From: Styela clava
Taxonomy: Eukaryota
NCBI RefSeq assembly: GCF_964204865.1
Contig: NC_135259.1
Coordinates: 6,138,001-6,202,000 of the forward strand
DNA length: 64,000 nucleotides
Reading direction: 5' to 3'
Part shown: in pieces, positions 53,176 to 64,000 of the stretch
How positions within the stretch are numbered: position 1 is the first letter of the stretch
Layout: the number at the start of each line of letters is the position of its first letter
Made by a program: the position numbers and the translations under genes
The notes under the pieces: model-generated
Seen by the model: the letters and a program-made list of their open reading frames with translations, nothing else
The model's database searches: none
Told to the model about the DNA's origin: nothing

Positions 53176-54638
53176 ATTTTTCGCCATCTCCAGAGCGGAA
53201 GAGAATTAGTTAGAAAACGGGGGATTTTGAAGAAAGGAAAAAGGCAGGACCATTTCAACAAATTCTGTTAACTTGTATGCGTTGCAATATTACTTTGCAG
53301 TTGTTAGCATAAACATTTATTGTGTCTTTCGACTAGACCTACCACACTTTAAAAGAAGCCGCCTACACCCCTTTTCACTAGAACCATAATACTGTAAAAT
53401 ATTCGATAGAAATTACCCCCGAGGCATCATATCTTCCATTTAAAATGGCTGTGGAGGCAGATATATTTTTTACTCTAACCAGGTTATCTTATCCTTGCTT
53501 ATAGATATCTTGAGGTTAGTGACTCCAACTGACCCATGCATGCCACACTGCAAATTCTCTTGTATACCGATAAAATTAGGCTGTTGGAGCTTTCAGACCT
53601 TGAAAACAGTAAAATCTGAGCACGATGGATTCATGTGAAACAGGTAATATGCATTTATAGGCAAAAATATCCCATCCTGAGCAGTACCGATCCACAACCT
53701 CCTGCCTCTGGAATCAAAACATTAGACAAATTGGTGTACTGTGCGCATTCACAAATCTTTGCGAATCAAGTGTGCCTTTTGACTAAAGAAAATTTAGCAT
53801 TGCAATCTCAATATCAACCTAGTATCTGCAGATAAAACCAATTGTTTTTTAAAAATACATTTTTGATGTGCTTTATTTTTCAAATATGATTTATAATTAC
53901 TGTAAAGTGTGTGATACATTTGGTACCATGAATATCATTTGCAAATTAGCTTGGGTTACACCCCTCTCATATAAAAGTTTAGACTCTTATGTCATATCTC
54001 ATAATATTCTTTAAACAAAAGGTTGCGGCTAGCCGGCTATCCATCAGAATTTTCTTTCAGATCACAAAGTCGCAATATTACGTCTTGCTAAGTTTCATTG
54101 GCAACTGTATCTGGTTGTAGTATCGGTGTCCAACTTGGTGACTGAAACCTTCACTACCAGACCCACCTAAACAATTTTTTTTCTTGATGGGGTCGTCTTG
54201 AAGTTGCTTTCGTTAAAGCACAATGGACACTTTAGAGCTGCAATCCTCTCGCACATAACTATCCCCGCATGGGATTGAAACCTGTGAAACTACCAGGGTG
54301 ATCAGAGATACGGTGGCGAGCGTATTCCTAGATGGCGAATTCAATTGAATTCTGATTATTTTTTGCATGACCACTGGTGTTAAACTTTAGTTATCTATTC
54401 AACCTTTCACACTTAGTAATAGATTACCTGCCAATTAGGGAAACAATACCTTGTAGCAATTCATTATTAATTCCTTACTGTCTTACACAAGTCAAGTCTG
54501 CAACTGCAAGTAGGCCCACGCGCCACGCCTAGGCCTACTAATAACAGTAGTTTGTCATCTGCTTTCCATTGAAATGATGGATCTTGTGAATATTTAAAGA
54601 ATTTGATAACGGCACACTATCACCACATTATCACTCAC

Positions 54639-54842
54639 CATCAACGAAGTGCTGTCCGCAAACAGTGAAACACAAGTGAGATGGCTTCTCGACTTGACAC
54701 CAAGCAGTTCTGCCAATAGGCAATAGATGATATCCACATTGCGCGACGTTCCGGATCTTTTGAAATCAGTGGAATATAACTGAAGATCCATTTCGTTGTC
54801 TATACTATACGTACAGCCAACGGAACAATACGAAATAACCAT
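54639..54842 (-). pseudogene. Inverted second copy of THAP exon 1 in the right arm
   Basis: MVISYCSVGCT..KDPERRAMWISSI..VCGQHFVDG|gtgag. Confidence 0.8.
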
Positions 54843-55232
54843 TTTCAACAGCCAAACAAAACGGAAACATATAATCCGACTTGCAGCTGACAGGAGCCAA
54901 ATGGACGTTTTTGTTTTATTGCCGTCCAGTAACAAAGGCACGTGACCCGTGCAAGTCCTCTATAGTCACTTTGGAGGGCGTATTCGCCGAGATTTCAGGA
55001 CTAAAATTGATATTTTAGGATCCTAAAATTGATATTTTAGGTTCGAGATTTTTACTTAACAGTACCAGGATTTTATCAAATTTGGAAAGAAATACACTCA
55101 TAAAATGGAAAATTTGAGGAGAACAAACATCTATTTTTGTCACATTGAAGCGTAAGTAGATGTAGCCTACATCAGAGACAGTGTGATGGACAACTTGGTG
55201 TTGACGGTCACTGATGAGCAAGTCCGGCCGCA

Positions 55233-55274
55233 CAATGAGCATATATACATATGTACCGGTATATATGCTCATTG
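55233..55274. repeat. Perfect 16-bp inverted repeat with 10-nt loop
   Basis: CAATGAGCATATATAC-n10-GTATATATGCTCATTG. Confidence 0.85.
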
Positions 55275-55802
55275 GGCTGCAGTAAAAAACCAACGACTAA
55301 CATAATGAATACAAGAGAGCCACGCTCAAATATACGGACAAGTGGCGCCACATAGTGGCAAATATTGATGGTATCTTAGCACACAAAAGACGATTAATAA
55401 AAGTAATATCCTTCTAGCGAAAAATATCCAGTAAGTAAATATCTTTACTCACTGAAAATTTCAAAGCAATTGGTCCACTAATCAAGGAGAAAAACGATTT
55501 TTCCAAACGATACGAAGAAGAAGAATACCAACAAGAACAAGATTACCAAAAATATGAAGACGGTCCATTGGTCCACTTTTTGCTGGTTTCATATAGCATT
55601 ATTTCTTTCTGTGCCACAGGAAGTGGGACTGGAGGCGTGAAAGAAGATCGCCCACTTGTGTCAATGAATTAGAATGCAAACTAAATAATATATCATAATG
55701 ATGCATAAAGGAAGAGGTGTCTTTTCTAACGAAGCTCGAAAATATATAGATAAAGGTTTTGTAAATAGTATGTGGTCATGATGATGAGTGAATTTTAATG
55801 GC

Positions 55803-56952
55803 TAATGTTGGGAAGAATCGAGTTATTGATTTGTTTCGAGTCATGTCTTACGTTTTTCATGACTCGTAGAATTTGAGCGAAATGACTCGATTAACTACCA
55901 GAGAGACTTCACTTGAGACTCAAAGTCTTAGAAAGTCTTGCCGGTGTGTAGGCCTACTATACAAGACGCAATTGACAACTGTGCTGTGAATTCAAAATTT
56001 TCTCATATCTTTCTGATGAAATTAGAACCCGGGCCGTGAGCGCACATGTAAGTGTGACGAACTAAAGTGTGCTATTGGATGCATAACGGTAATCGAAAAT
56101 TGGCTATTTGATCTTTGCCAAAATACCTAATTGTCGAAAACTTTGCAATATTTGCCGCTTTGCCGGTATAGTAGACGGCGTTTGTATTCAAAACGTGTGC
56201 GACATAAGATTTTAAACTCGTATCAGTCGTCAACGAAGTCTAACCCTGAACGCCGGTTTGAATGAAGTGATATGAAGATTTTTATGATATTTCAATCTTT
56301 AAAAATATATATACTTGTAATATTATATATTACCCATGTAATTGGGGGTGGAAAATCTTTACAGTCCGCCAAGAACATGATAAGTTAACTTTGTCCCCAG
56401 AATGATATTTGAAGCCATGGTGTAAGGGTGATTCATATTTAATTCAATTTTTTCAATTCAATTTTATAAAATATGCAAGGACTTGGGACTAGGGCTGGGC
56501 ATTTCAAATCGAATATTCGAATCGAATAGTAAATTATTCGAATCGGTTCAGAGCTAAATTTCGAATTGCGCTATCTTGTTTTTATCTTTCCGCTAATGGT
56601 CGACGTGAATTCTCCAATTTTTTTTCCATTGGAGTCATATTTCTGCAACGAAATTCTAACATATGACTATTTTTTTTTTGTAGTGAGTTATTGATAAAAC
56701 GTGTTTGTTATTCTGTGTGAACGCTCAGTATCTGTCTTCAGTAATTCCTTTGTTGAGAGGACCGATTACTATAATAAAGTCGCTTACAATTATATATTTT
56801 GAAGTATTCGAGATTCGATTCGAAAAAATTATTCGATTCGATTCTGAAATCACAAGGTATTCGAAAATGCTCAGCCCTACTTGGGACTCGATTTGTGACT
56901 TGTGGACCAGCGACTCCGTCTTGACTCGCAACTCGACGCTTAGGCTAACACT
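55803..56952. mobile_element. Older hAT-like element with GACTCG/GACTTG subterminal repeats, host of the 56490-56879 MITE
   Basis: Clusters of GACTC(G)/GACTTG at ~55815-55930 and ~56480-56940; right end CTAACACTG; left end degraded. Confidence 0.55.
56490..56879. mobile_element. hAT-like MITE with ATTCG/CGAAT subterminal repeats
   Basis: TIR TAGGGCTGGGCATTT...AAATGCTCAGCCCTA, perfect TSD CTTGGGAC (56482-56489 / 56880-56887). Confidence 0.88.
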
Positions 56953-58782
56953 GCTACTGGCTAGTTTATCCTACGAACCCGAGTACCGATAATGTGAACA
57001 GGTACGGTAAAAAATACAGAATTCAAAATAAAACAATCAGCAACGGTCAAGAACGTAATTATCGGTACAAAGAAGTTGTTGTGTCTCTCGCTTGTCTTCC
57101 TGCTCGCTGCTTTTTATATATTTTATATAAATTTATAGGTGCCGCTGCTCGATAACCAGTATTGGTTTCTCGCGTCTCCTTCACCCTGAAATATGGCCAA
57201 TTTATAATTTAATTTATTGCAATTTGTATGTTTGTGCCTATTTTAAGTATGGTGAGAAATAAACTACTGATTACTGATTACTGATTTTTCGTTTCCAGGT
57301 CTAAACAACTCTACCAAGTGAATAAGAACTTCTATGAGTAACCATAAAATTTACACGCAAAGGTTGGCCTATTCAAAGTTACAGATGCATGTGCGCGACA
57401 GTTTTTTGAGAAGAAATTAGAATTTATAGCATGGGCGCTGGTAAGCGCGTTGGGCGCATCAGTAGACAATATATCAGCAGGAAAAAGTTTTAATATTCCT
57501 CAATCATATTTGTCTCTCGTATGATCTAACAATGATTTGTGTTTCACTTAGCAGAATATTGTGTCCCGACAACAACGGTAAAAGTAATTTTTCCAAAACA
57601 TTTTGTGACCAACTGTCTATAATGAAGTACAACTGGTTTGGTTTGGTACCAACATGCTAGGTTTTGGCGATGTGAATAATGAGCTCTAACCATTGGAGGG
57701 CGCTAGCTATTCATAAACGCGTGCAAAATACAACGCTGACCTCTCAAATCATTGGATAGATTCAATATTTCGTCAATCGGATTATACCAGTCGTTAGTTG
57801 CCAAAATTATTATTACCTAATAGGAAAGGCTGATAATACGTTTCTCATCTCCCTTCATAGTTGCTCTTGTGCGTGAGATTTATACCTAAACGACCTCAAT
57901 GTTTTCAGACATCTTCTTTGCAGAGAAATTCAAGTTTTTGACACCAGGATATTTCCTTTTCCTTTTTGTTCAGAAGCTTTCAAACCAACTTTCATATTAT
58001 TATTACGCAGGTGTAAGTAATCTCTTTTTAATGACGTCTTTATATCAGATTTAGATCATTGTGCCTTTGTTTTTAGCAATCGTCTGAGAATGCACTAATT
58101 GGCGGTTCTCACAATTAATGCAAACATTATAGATTATGCGTTTGGCCTCAATTACGTCGTGCATTGTCTTATCTCTGCTTGAGACAAGATATTATTGTGA
58201 TTATCGTCGCAGGCTACTACCTGCGTGAAGAATCAATTTCGGAAAAAATCATTTATCTAGGCTAGGGAATTATTTCCTAGTAGAACCATTTGGAACGGTC
58301 TCAAACATTCATTGCTACAATTTATCACTCTACTATGAGAAGACCGTACATCTGGTTTTACATCACTTAATTTTTATACAACTTGCTTATACACTATCTT
58401 CAATCTCAAGTCACAATTTATCTCGTCAATATACACGAAAACCTAATCAGTACCTTCTCGTTATTTTTCTTCCCTTGTGAACGAACTTTCCATTCATCTC
58501 GAAAAATTCAGTTACTCAAATACTAATCTTTTCTAACAATTTGACTGATTTCACTCGCATGATTTAGACACTCAGCTAAATGCCAAAAACCTAACTTTGT
58601 AACTGGGTATAAGAAAGTTAAACGCTGTTTCACTCGCTTGCATCACACGTTTTCTCCTCACTACGCAACCTTGGGTCCAAGTGTCTCCTTCTACACTCAG
58701 TATACAGTACACCATCATCGCCGCCCAGCATGATGCCCCTCATGGATGATGTTGGTATCGAATCCAACAGGTTTCAGTCTAT

Positions 58783-58860
58783 CAGTGGTTATCAACCTTT
58801 TTTAGTTTGCGGACCGGTGAAAGTTAAAAACTAATTTTGCGGACCGGCGAACCTTCAAAA
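58783..58860. mobile_element. Left-end fragment of a hAT-like MITE
   Basis: CAGTGGTTATCAACCTTTTT followed by two TTGCGGACCGG motifs; no right end found. Confidence 0.5.
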
Positions 58861-59790
58861 TCAACCCAAAATGTCAAAAACCCAAAACATAATTAAACGA
58901 TGTAATTAAGAAAAAAGTATGCAATTCAAAAGCTGAGAATTTTCCAATTTAATGAAAAATTTGCCGCTGTCCTTCAGGTATCATAAGTGGTGAATGCGGT
59001 TCTAATGAGGTTTCTGCAAGGCGAAATAGAGCGTTGACTTTAAAAAGATTCCTCTGTTTGGTCTTGATGGGGGATAACGATGAAAAGCTTTTCTCGCTTG
59101 AGAAAGTTGTACAAAAAACTAGCAGTCCTTTTTTAGATTTATCACTGAGCTCAGGAGATTCTTTATCAGGCGATATCCAAAACTGTGACAATGGCGAATC
59201 TTTATGCTACGAGATCAACGTGATATCGCAGGAAAGATCAAACATCGATTAATTGAAATTTAACAAGGCAGGCACCATGTGCTCTCGAACTCCTGTGTCA
59301 TTATGTTCGCCGTTATGAAGCCATAGACTTAACGAAACATACATCCTCCGACCAAGTCTGGTTTCCGCAGCAATAGGAGTTAAAACTCACAAAATGTATT
59401 GAGAGGCCATCAGTGTCTTGCGGAATTTAGATATATTGGAATATATTTGGCGGGTTGGTGAGACAACTGATAGCGTCAGTGGCTGAACTAAACGGACTCG
59501 TTACTAACTCACGACGGGAAAACGGATTCCAGCAAATTAGAAGACAATCGGTATTAATACATCACAAATGAATCATGAATGGTTTTTATATACAAATCAA
59601 GGAAATTCGCGATAGATATTTCAGACATTTTGGCCACTTGGAGAATCACTGACATGAAGAAGTCTTCCTAGAATGATCCTGCGAAGCATACTAATCTCGC
59701 ATATAAAATTACGCATACTATGACCCATATCTGATCGAACCGCGCCTCTTTACCTCCATTTAGCCACGAAACATAAAATGAACAATAAAG

Positions 59791-59796
59791 TTTATT
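59791..59796 (-). terminator. Candidate distal polyadenylation signal of cyclin E
   Basis: AATAAA on the minus strand, ~1.7 kb past the stop codon, after U-rich 3'UTR-like sequence. Confidence 0.45.
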
Positions 59797-61484
59797 TCAT
59801 ATAAAATATCTAAGTTTGGGTACAAACTGATTGGTTTCATTTTTTTGGACAGAAAGAACGGTTTATCTTTAAAAACGATATATCTTGGCAAATACTGCTG
59901 TTAACTAATATGAAACAATTCATATTCAAGACATTTATCAGAAAGCAACATCTGAATAACCTTGTTCCCAACAGCTTATCTCATCTGGACAACGTGGAAA
60001 ATTTATCAACAATAATCCTCATTTGTGGTACAAAAATGTCGGGATTCATATTCAGGACTGCAACCATGGAAGGGCGCAAAAGACAATAGGTTTGAAAAAA
60101 CTCATTTGAAAAAGCGAATTAGTGGTTGGATGGTGTTTTTAAATTTCCTCTTTGCCCACTTGTCTGGAAATAATAGCTTGCTATACTGTGACTGAGTTGA
60201 ATAAGAATTCGTTATGTCATTGTTTATGTTCTTCGCAACAATACTATATAAAATATGAATGTAAAAGTATGATTATGAAATGTAAAACAAAGTTTGGTCA
60301 CGAACATTGGAATAAGTTATTTTTTGTTTGGTCCTATATTAAGAGGTTTGTTAACAGAGCAAAGCATATGTAAGCAATAATAATATTACAGCTGTTACAT
60401 CATCATACAGATTTCATATCCACAAGCAAATGACTAGCATTATCCTAAGACGATTTTAATCAGAGATACAGGTATATTTTTCAAATGAGGCACATAAATA
60501 CAAAAAATTGCTGCTTGGCACACAAAAATAGCACATATAAAACGAGGGAAATAGTGCACTGAATAGTATAGTATACTTTGAAAAAATTGTTCCGAAGCAA
60601 CTCTGGATGTTTACCACAATATACTATCCGTTCATGCTCAAGAAAGAAGTGGTTCGCTTGAGAATTTTGAGATTCAAATTGGTGGAACTAACAAAATTGC
60701 ACCGAATTCAGTATATATCTGTTGTTGAGATGTTTCAATATTTCATTTTCATTTTTAGGATTGCCATCACCAAATGAAACGAACAAAATAATCACTTACA
60801 AGAGAGAGAGAGGGAGATAGAGAGACAAGACAAGAAAAATGAGCTATGATGACATAAAATGAGCAATGCACCAAGTGTTGCAATTTTGTTGCGAGTTCAT
60901 AAGTATGCATTAAAATTCATAACTATATTACTGGACTTATTAAAAAAAACATTTGTAGTAGCATAAATATCTTGCACCATAGAAAACAAATTTGAACAGG
61001 AAAATAAAATTGAAAAAAAAAATACAAAAATTTTTTTTAAACTTTTTATGCTAATATCGCATCATAACAAAAAAAACTTTGTATATAATAAAAATTCATT
61101 TTTTAAAAGCATTGCCTATTTCACGCAAGCAACTCTATCTTAGTTTATATTGGACATTCTCTATCCCCTATAATTGGACTCCTTCAGCAGTCTGTAAATT
61201 TTTTTTTCACTATCTGTTAGTCATTGGGAATAATGGTAGTATGTCTTACCATTACAGCCCTACCCAGTTTGTACAACCATAATCCATCACAGTGGTGAAG
61301 ATTTTCAAGCAGGCAAAGCGACTCTAGCCAGCATCACATTTAACATCATCATTGATGGGATAGGAGCTGATTTTCTGGGTTATTCCGCAAAACCTTTGGG
61401 CACACCTTGTAATTTTCGCACAATGCGTTGACGGTCACGCGATTAGAACTTTTGCCCACATCGTTAGGGCAGTCCTCGAAACAC

Positions 61485-63324
61485 TCAACAGTGTCCTACT
61501 CCGGCACGTTTCGCATGAGATGAGTCGATTATCATAGGTTTTTGACTGCTTTTAGGTGGAGTTATAATTCCTGCAATTTCTGTTGGCGACGAACATACTG
61601 TCAAATGCTGTGACCTTCTTTCATATACCATATCCTATAAAAGAGAAGAATGTAAATATACTAGAATTTCGAATTTGAAGAGACGAAAATAGGTTGAAAT
61701 CAAAATTATTAATACGTATTCAGTTGAAATTGCAAATTGTATCATAGTATTTTACCAAACTTAAAAATAGTAAAAATCTTACCAGTGCCGCAATATCATT
61801 AGAATGAGTTTGAATATTGTGTGCATCAGATTTTTCAACTTTTGCAAATTCTTTTACTGGTTGAAGACCGGTATCTCGCACAGTCATTGCAAATGGTGCC
61901 ATCCAATGAATACACTGTTAAGAAAAAAAGAGAAATTTACCAAAGGAAATAGTATCAAGCAAATTTTAGGTTAAAAAATACGAGGATTGTAACATTGTGA
62001 ACATATTACTCAACATAATATAACATTGTGAACATAATCTTTATATTATTGCTAAGCATACAATCTGAGAATGACTTACCTTAGCTAAATCTTTGTATTC
62101 ATAACCGGACACATGTGTAGCAAGTTCACAAGATGAGAAATGATAAAGTGCTGATGCTGCTATAACTCCTGATGAAAATTCTAAACTTTCCATATCCAAT
62201 ATACATAAATCAGTCAGCTAAAAACAAAGAATAGAATGTTAGTAATACATTGAAATAGGATGGCTGTAGCATTTTATCAATAATATGAGATCAAGATCAG
62301 AAGATATGAGAAGATTACTAAGCCTAGAGGTTATGTGCACTCAAGTTGAGTCTTATATTCGGAATAGAGTCTAACCTCTGTAAATTTGGTCAAAACTTGT
62401 TTTGTTGCCCGAAGGGTGAAAAATGGCTAGTTTCGTTTTTCTCTTTTATTATAAACATTAAAAGGACAACCTTTTTTAAAATTGAAGAAGCTCTCACCTG
62501 CGCGACATGGACAAAAGTATGCTGTGGATACTGCGGCAATATAAAAGTATTTGATGCATTTGCGATAAATGAAAGATGTGCAGTTTGCAGGTAAACGTTC
62601 AGCCATGAGTTGACTGTAACAGGCGAGAGAGCCCATTTGAGTTTATTTAACATAAGTAATTCCAATTTTAAAATTTCATCTTCCGTACAAGCACCATCTG
62701 TTACATAGGCAAAGTCAGCAAGCTTAGGCGGGTAGATTTCCTGGAATAAAAAGAAAATAATAGTTAGATAAATATACAAGACATATTATTCTAATCAAGT
62801 CTCTTTGAAAGCAAGGTTCCCAATCGAAAAATAAAAAATTCATGTCTACATTTGATATAAATCTACAAACCTCTAATTTTGCTGCGATAAATAAAGCTGT
62901 AATTCCCACTAATTGTAATTGTGTTTTTCTTATATTTTCTGTTCTTGATAAAAATCTGTCGATGTAGTCGACAGCAAGGTAAAAAGTTTCTCGATGCAGT
63001 GTGTAGACTTCACAAACCTAAAGAGGAATTGTATTGTTAGAATTAGTTAGAACTAGTGGGGGTGGCCATTAGCCCATTAGTACAATATACTACAGGTTTC
63101 TTTAAAATTCTGAATTTCGTGAAACAATGGATATTCCAGAATCTGGGGTGAAAAAATCTACCCTTTGAGTATAATAGTACAAAATTACCTCGATCATCCA
63201 ATCCATTAAGATGGCTCTCATTCTTGGTTGAAGATCAGGATGCCTGATCATGTATTTATTATCACATTGATATTTCATTTCTTTGTTTACCATTGCTTTC
63301 CATAAGTCTTGTGAATCGGCCCAA
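61485..63324 (-). CDS. CCNE: G1/S-specific cyclin E, 3' six coding exons (5' part not resolved, probably beyond the right edge)
   Basis: Exons 63189-63324 ([23 protein letters not shown]), 62871-63017 ([23 protein letters not shown]), 62498-62740 ([18 protein letters not shown]), 62080-62217, 61783-61914 ([14 protein letters not shown]), 61485-61634 (GIITPPKS degron, TGA). Confidence 0.95.
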
Positions 63325-64000
63325 CTGTAAAAGAAAAAATAAATTTAATATCATTTATTAATAAAGTCCTCAAATAATAGAAAAAGACAATATAAAACTT
63401 GAAAATTTGCACTTCAGTAGTGTGTCACAAGATATAGATAATTTACTTAAAAATGAGTCGAGACCACACATCAAAAGTACCGCTGGATGACGACACCCAA
63501 CTAGCATTCGTCGTGCGTCATGTGTAGGCGTTCGAGCAAAACAACTCTAAATTGGATACGAAATCCAGTAACAAAGACGTATCATTTCAACCAGTCTGTG
63601 CCGGCGGTCACGGTCCATTTAAACACGTGGTAACCGAAAGTATTTGATTCAGAAAATTCGATAATACGAACTGTATTCAGAGCGATACATGAACCATCAA
63701 AATATGCTAACTTGGTATTTATAAATGTAGAAATACGAACAGTAATTTATCACTATTTACTAGAACCGTGGTTAAAAATTTTCTAGATTACCGTTCCGAA
63801 AACAGTCTTAGTTTGGCGCAATAGATACACCGATGTTTTATCTGTTTATTGAAATAGTCTAATAGTAGGTAATATGACACCAAGTCTAAATATACCTTTG
63901 AAGCTGAAAGCTTTCGGTTGCACTTTTGACGTAAACGTTCTTTTGCATAATCATGATTGCAATGAAAAATAAATCCACAAATTCAAAACGTTAAGACTGC

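Larger units (their letters stand above)
52046..54973. mobile_element. Non-autonomous foldback DNA transposon with ~740-bp terminal inverted repeats, P/Galileo-like (THAP-bearing)
   Basis: Ends CAAAGTGACTATAG...CTATAGTCACTTTG; 8-bp TSD GAGGGCGT at 52038-52045 and 54974-54981; arms ~52046-52784 and ~54234-54973 are imperfect reverse complements (ORFs 52131+ and 54594- translate almost identically). Confidence 0.9.

Noticed and set aside
56500-56870. CRISPR-like repeat array
   Set aside because: Short irregular ATTCG subterminal repeats of a MITE in eukaryotic DNA; no repeat-spacer periodicity.
58250-58620. Possible CR1/L2-type reverse transcriptase remnant on the minus strand (VPQG-like and YID-like fragments)
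   Set aside because: Too degraded to support by eye; needs BLASTX.
63400-64000. Upstream cyclin E coding exons
   Set aside because: Candidate donors exist (e.g. ~63896) but no frame gave recognisable cyclin E sequence.

Overview
AT-rich, intron-containing animal genomic DNA. The gene density, intron sizes and repeat types suggest an invertebrate, possibly a tunicate/ascidian, but this is inference only. Five protein-coding genes can be rebuilt by hand from GT-AG exon chains with consistent phases: (1) a ~35.6 kb minus-strand FHOD1/FHOD3-family formin with 25 coding exons, last exon off the left edge; (2) an MMAB cobalamin adenosyltransferase with an intronless CDS (+); (3) a 10-exon mitochondrial seryl-tRNA synthetase, SARS2 (+), starting only ~510 bp after the MMAB stop; (4) a 5-exon ARL2BP/BART (-) converging on SARS2; (5) the 3' six coding exons of cyclin E (-). 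Introns and intergenic DNA carry hAT-like and Tc1-like MITEs (several nested, several with clean 8-bp TSDs) and a tRNA-derived SINE family. The most unusual object is a 2.9 kb foldback element (52046-54973) just upstream of ARL2BP. It has an 8-bp TSD and ~740-bp inverted arms, and each arm carries a decayed, inward-pointing THAP-domain exon plus part of a SINE. All coordinates were read by eye and may be off by a few bases.
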